Position numbers and translations under genes: made by a program. From assembly GCA_021823625.1 (NCBI GenBank), contig JAKANS010000002.1:7575-71574 (forward strand): 64,000 nucleotides of DNA, written 5' to 3'. The number at the start of each line of letters is the position of its first letter. The stretch's first letter is position 1. The notes beneath the pieces are model-generated. The model was not told the origin of the DNA, did not search any database, and saw only the letters and a program-made list of their open reading frames with translations. Positions 59,964-64,000 of the stretch are shown here, in pieces. The stretch comes from a bacterium (GTDB lineage: Bacteria > Verrucomicrobiota > Verrucomicrobiia > Limisphaerales > J093).

Positions 59964-62900
59964 CGCCAATCCCATTCTGAACAACCCTTACGAGGAGCCG
60001 CGCCAGCACTACGCCACCAACCGCGCGGGCGAGTTGGATTATGCGCGCCCCATGCCGGGCCGCCGCATCTTCACCCCGGACATCCTGACCATCCCCCTTC
60101 CGCAACAGGCCCAGCGCGACCTGATGGAGTTGAACGAAGTTGCCGCCGCCGACCACGGCAACCACCTCGTCAATCTCCTTCGCCGCGAAGTCGCCGCCTG
60201 GCGCGCAGCGCAATATCCGCAGACCACTCGCATCACGCGCGAACTTCTCCAGTTTTGGTTTCTAAACGACGAGCGCGATTTCACGCAATGCCTTTTCTTC
60301 GCCCAGCGCGAAGCCATCGAGACCGCGATCTGGCTCAACGAAGTCGCCGAGAAATCCAACGTCGGCCAGCACGTCCTTCGCCGCCTCGAAACCGAGTGGC
60401 GCCAGGTTTCTGCAGCAGCCTTGCCCCGTATCGCCTTCAAGATGGCGACCGGCACCGGCAAGACCGTCGTCATGGGGGCGCTCATCGCCTACCACTACTT
60501 CAACCGTCTCGAATACCGCAACGACCCGCGCTTCGCCGACAACTTCCTCGTCATCACGCCCGGCATCACCATTCGCGACCGCCTGGGCGTCCTGCGGGTG
60601 GACACACGCACCGGGGCCGAGGCCGCGGATTACTACTACGTCCGCTACCTGGTGCCCAAGACGTGGCGGGAGAAGAACCTCGCCCCGCTCAACAGCAAGA
60701 TCGTCATCACCAACTACCACACGTTCGAGCCGCGCACCTTGCAGGGAAACAAACGCTCGCCCTTCGACGGCAAAATCGGCACCGACGGCAAGAAGCAGGA
60801 AGCCACCGAAGACGCCGCCCAGGTCGTCGCCCGCGTCCTCAGTCATTTCAAGGCTGGCTCGCGCCTGCTGGTCATCAACGACGAAGCCCACCACTGCTAC
60901 CTGCCCCGCCAGGACGACCGCACCGCCGAGGGCGAGCCAACCAAGGACGAGAACGTCCGCGCCGCCGTCTGGTTCACCGGCCTTCTCCGCCTCGCCGGCC
61001 GCTTCAAGTTGCGCTCCATCTACGACCTCAGCGCCACGCCCTATTATTTGACCGGCTCCGGCTACGATCCCTACAGCCTCTTTCCATGGGTTGTCTCCGA
61101 CTTCGGCCTGATCGAAGCCATCGAATCCGGCCTCGTGAAAATCCCCTTCCTGCCGCAGTGGGATGACACGCCGGAATTGGAAATGCCGGTTCTCCGCAAC
61201 CTCTACGAGCACGTCAAAGACAAGCTGCCCAAGGCCGGCCAACGCCGCTTGCGCGCCCGCGCCAAGGAATCCGGCGAGGAACTGCGCGAGGCCCCGCCGC
61301 AATTGCCCGACACCCTCAAAGCCGCGCTCAAGCAGTTCTACCAACATTACGAAGAGGACTTCCACCACCGCAAACACTCCGTCGGCACCCAGGGCCGCGC
61401 CCAGCTTGAGATGGAGGACCAGCCGCCCGTTTTCATCGTCGTCTGCAACAACACTTCCGTCTCGCGCGAAGTGTTCAAGTACATCGCCGGCTACGAGCAA
61501 CCGACCGACGACGACAACGCCACACCCCAGGTGGTCCCCGGTGTCTTCGACCTCTTTACCAATTACGACCCCGCCACCCTCCGCCCGCGCCCGCGCCCGC
61601 CGAGCCTTTTGATCGACAGCGACGCCCTCGAAAATTCCGGGCAGATCGACGCGAGCTTCAAGCGCGTCTTCACTCGCGAGATCGAGCTTTTCAAACGCGA
61701 CTACGCCCGCGTCCACGGCCACGGGGCTGCCGAGCAAATCACCGAAGCCGAATTGCTCCGCGAAGTCGTCAACACCGTGGGCAAGCGCGGCACGCTCGGT
61801 GCCCATATTCGCTGCGTCGTTTCCGTCTCCATGCTCAACGAGGGCTGGGACGCCAACACCGTCACGCACATCGTCGGCATCCGCGCGTTTGGTTCGCAGC
61901 TTCTCTGCGAACAAGTCGCGGGCCGCGCGCTCCGCCGCCGCAGCTACTATTTGCAGACCTACGACAAGGACGGCCAACCCACGACCGACAAACGCCGCAT
62001 CGTCAGCCGCAAGTTCCCGCCCGAGTACGCCCACATCATCGGCGTGCCCTTCAAGCTGTTCAAAGGCGGGAAGTCCGTCCCCCCGCCCCCCAATGACACC
62101 ACCCGTGTCTTCGCACTCGCGGAACGAATCGACACCCACGAGATCACGTTCCCCGATGTGGAAGGCTACCGCGTCGAATACCCGGACGGCGCCCTTACCC
62201 ACAGCCTCGACCAGCTCGACGACTACGCCCTCGATGGCTCCAAGCTCCCCACGAAGACCATTCTGGCCAACGCCGTCTCTTCCGAGAAACGCAACCTCTC
62301 GCTCGACGACATCCTCGCCATCCGCGAGCAGGAAATCATTTTCCGCATCACCAAAGACCTGGTTCGCGATCATTTTTCCAACGAACCTGCCAACCCGGAA
62401 TTCCACCGCTTCCACGAACTCAAGGCCATCGTGGCAGAGTGGTATGCCCGCAAGGTCCGCGTCATCGGCAAGGATGCCCGCTGGAAAAGACTCCTCTACT
62501 TCGCCGACCCCAAGCAGGTCGTCGCCCATGTCGCCCGCGCCATCAATCCGGCCCCTACGAACGACGGCCAGCCGCGCATCCGCCCGATCCTCAATTACTA
62601 CAATCCCACCGGCAGCAGTCGGTTTGTGCGCGGCCAGACCAGCCGGGACACGCACCCGACGCGGCACAGCCACGTCAATGTCGTTGTCATCGAAAGCGGC
62701 TGGGAAGCCAAAGTCGCCAAAATCCTCGACGACCTCGCCGACGAGGGTGTTCTACAATCCTGGGTGAAGAACAATTTCCTCGATTTCCACATCCCCTACA
62801 CCGACGCCGCCGGCCAGGACCGGCTCTACTACCCGGATTTCATCCTCCGCATCGCGCCCGCCAAGGCCGGGCCGCTCCACCTGATCGTCGAAGTCTCCGG

Positions 62901-63075
62901 CATGAAACGCGACAAGCCAGAGAAAAAATGGGCGGTCGCAAACCGCTGGCTGCCCGCCGTGGAAGCCGTCCGCGCCCAGCGTGCCTGGCCGCGTTGGGAT
63001 TTCATCGAACTCGACGAGGAAATTGAAGTCAACGACGCGAGGAACCGCATCCTCGCGCAGTTGGCCAAGCCGTAA
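59956..63075 (+). CDS. type III restriction enzyme Res-like helicase-nuclease (DEAD/DEAH superfamily 2)
   Basis: N-terminal PILNNPYEEPRQHY, typical of Res-type proteins. Motif I is FKMATGTGKTVVM, motif II is VINDEAHHC, and motif VI is MLNEGWDANTVTHIVGIRAFGSQLLCEQVAGRALRR. The C-terminal YYPDF...LIVEVSGMKRDK is PD-(D/E)xK-like. The ATG at 59956 is preferred over the ORF-track start at 59632. Confidence 0.8.
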   Translation: MPDANPILNNPYEEPRQHYATNRAGELDYARPMPGRRIFTPDILTIPLPQQAQRDLMELNEVAAADHGNHLVNLLRREVAAWRAAQYPQTTRITRELLQFWFLNDERDFTQCLFFAQREAIETAIWLNEVAEKSNVGQHVLRRLETEWRQVSAAALPRIAFKMATGTGKTVVMGALIAYHYFNRLEYRNDPRFADNFLVITPGITIRDRLGVLRVDTRTGAEAADYYYVRYLVPKTWREKNLAPLNSKIVITNYHTFEPRTLQGNKRSPFDGKIGTDGKKQEATEDAAQVVARVLSHFKAGSRLLVINDEAHHCYLPRQDDRTAEGEPTKDENVRAAVWFTGLLRLAGRFKLRSIYDLSATPYYLTGSGYDPYSLFPWVVSDFGLIEAIESGLVKIPFLPQWDDTPELEMPVLRNLYEHVKDKLPKAGQRRLRARAKESGEELREAPPQLPDTLKAALKQFYQHYEEDFHHRKHSVGTQGRAQLEMEDQPPVFIVVCNNTSVSREVFKYIAGYEQPTDDDNATPQVVPGVFDLFTNYDPATLRPRPRPPSLLIDSDALENSGQIDASFKRVFTREIELFKRDYARVHGHGAAEQITEAELLREVVNTVGKRGTLGAHIRCVVSVSMLNEGWDANTVTHIVGIRAFGSQLLCEQVAGRALRRRSYYLQTYDKDGQPTTDKRRIVSRKFPPEYAHIIGVPFKLFKGGKSVPPPPNDTTRVFALAERIDTHEITFPDVEGYRVEYPDGALTHSLDQLDDYALDGSKLPTKTILANAVSSEKRNLSLDDILAIREQEIIFRITKDLVRDHFSNEPANPEFHRFHELKAIVAEWYARKVRVIGKDARWKRLLYFADPKQVVAHVARAINPAPTNDGQPRIRPILNYYNPTGSSRFVRGQTSRDTHPTRHSHVNVVVIESGWEAKVAKILDDLADEGVLQSWVKNNFLDFHIPYTDAAGQDRLYYPDFILRIAPAKAGPLHLIVEVSGMKRDKPEKKWAVANRWLPAVEAVRAQRAWPRWDFIELDEEIEVNDARNRILAQLAKP

Positions 63076-63078
63076 CCC

Positions 63079-63407
63079 ATGAACGAAGGCACGACATTCG
63101 ACAAAAAATCGCTGCTCTGTTTTCCCGCTGACCCACGGCGCTGGGATTGGAAGAAGATTGCCAAGCACCGCATCGCCTTCGCTATTTGATTCGGGAGGAC
63201 TTGGAAACCCACTCCCCCGACGCCAGCACGCCGTCCACACCGTCTGCCCTTCACCGCCGCATCGGCCTCGAAATCTCACTGGCGAAGATCAAACGCGCTT
63301 TGCACGACCTTTCCCGCGACGGCACCATCACCCACAACGGCAAACGCGGCCTCGGCTCCGCGTATTTCATTAGCGCAAAAGTCAGCCAAATACCGCCGCT
63401 CGATTAG
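63079..63407 (+). pseudogene. decayed/frameshifted remnant of an AlbA_2-plus-winged-helix type regulator gene
   Basis: 63079-63189 encodes MNEGTTFDKKSLLCFPADPRRWDWKKIAKHRIAFAI followed by a stop, which resembles an AlbA_2 N-terminus up to the AFAN-like motif. A shifted frame continues to 63407 as YLIREDLETH...STPSALHRRIGLEISLAKIKRALHDLSRDGTITHNGKRGLGSAYFI (wHTH-like). The central part of such proteins is absent. Confidence 0.35.
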
Positions 63408-63600
63408 CGCATTCACCCCCCATCTCCACCTGTGAACGTCACATGTTCCTCATTATCAGCTGTCTCCGATTGTCTGACTTGTCGGACGTTTTCTCACCTT
63501 GTAAGACAATGTGCAATGCAACGCGAACCGGTGGGATGCGGCAGGCCGCCAGCCGCCGTTTCCCCTAAAAATTAGGCCAGACTTCCCGCCCCTTTCCTCC

Positions 63601-64000
63601 ATGAAACCCTCCCCCGCCAAACCCGTCGCCTCCCACAAACACAAAGCCGACAAGCGCGCCCACATCCCCAGCGCCGAAGAGGCCGGCTACGAAGCCGCCA
63701 GCCCCAAGGTCGCCGCCGCCCCGAACCAGCGCGCCCTCCCGCGTAACCCCGTCGTCCATCGCGGCCAGGACCCCGAATTGTTCTGGATGCACAAATACGG
63801 CCCCGACGACGACCAAGCCGCGACCAGCGTGGACATCCGCTCCCTCTACCGCCACGAACACCTTGCCCCGGAGACGCTCATCAAGGGCCTCTACCGCATC
63901 GTCGCCGAAAAATCCGCCACGCAGGACGAACTCTTTTCCGTCAACGAGCTTTTCGGCAACGCCATCGGCCACGAGGAACTCGACAAGGTGTCCGACTACT
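63601..64000 (+). CDS. type III-like DNA methyltransferase (Mod), N-terminal part; 3' end outside the window
   Basis: This frame is not in the ORF track because it runs off the window. From the ATG at 63601 it is open for 133 codons. [10 protein letters not shown]...[11 protein letters not shown]...[21 protein letters not shown] matches, from memory, the conserved N-terminus of methylases paired with Res-type helicases (DPQLVWRGKDEQD...PPLYIQEKVHPKVLIDDL). Confidence 0.6.
   Translation, partial: MKPSPAKPVASHKHKADKRAHIPSAEEAGYEAASPKVAAAPNQRALPRNPVVHRGQDPELFWMHKYGPDDDQAATSVDIRSLYRHEHLAPETLIKGLYRIVAEKSATQDELFSVNELFGNAIGHEELDKVSDY

Overview
High-GC (by eye, not computed) bacterial chromosomal segment with dense coding on both strands. 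No rRNA, tRNA, CRISPR array, transposase or integrase was recognised. The gene content points to Verrucomicrobiota: an Amuc_1098-1101-type PilM/N/O/P/Q-like envelope locus, an exosortase/EpsI pair, very large Calx-beta/propeller exoproteins, and RNPKSE- and PSPLPKERE-type repeat peptides.

Layout:
- 1-2.4 kb: small housekeeping genes.
- 3.1-30.9 kb: a block of about 28 kb, entirely on the minus strand. It runs from a pilM-pilN fusion through an Amuc_1100-like gene, a PilP-position gene and a secretin interrupted by one in-frame TAA. Five very large exported proteins follow (691, 512, 1008, 1519 and 2859 aa), with coaE embedded among them.
- 31-35.3 kb: UDP-glucuronate decarboxylase, priming sugar transferase, EpsI and exosortase.
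- 35.8-39 kb: SNF2 helicase.
- 39-48.5 kb: waaA, a DUF4380-like lipoprotein, an RluA-type synthase, a ComB-like phosphatase, an RsmA-Nudix fusion, a class-III aminotransferase, queE and an orphan ABC-2-like permease.
- 48.5-52.2 kb: a nucleotidyltransferase-fold gene, an RCC1-repeat protein and a GH84 O-GlcNAcase-like enzyme.
- 52.4-59.3 kb: tolQ-tolR-tolA-like-tolB-pal, tatA-tatA-tatC and an lptF/G-type permease.
- 59.6-64 kb: a type III-like restriction-modification locus (small ORF, Res helicase-nuclease, decayed gene, Mod 5' part running off the window).

Most interesting observations:
1. Four otherwise unrelated giant exoproteins share a roughly 70-aa extreme C-terminal domain ending in [FYV]YR[AVG]. 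They lie directly downstream of a secretin module that has no pilin, ATPase or platform genes in the window. This may be a cargo-tag plus secretin system.
2. The secretin is split by a single in-frame stop, and the downstream half carries its own signal peptide. The upstream half contains a poly-Gly/GGY domain of about 110-170 aa.
3. A heptanucleotide TTCGGAT-type repeat family is inserted in frame into queE and an aminotransferase.

All family assignments come from motif recognition by eye. No searches were run.
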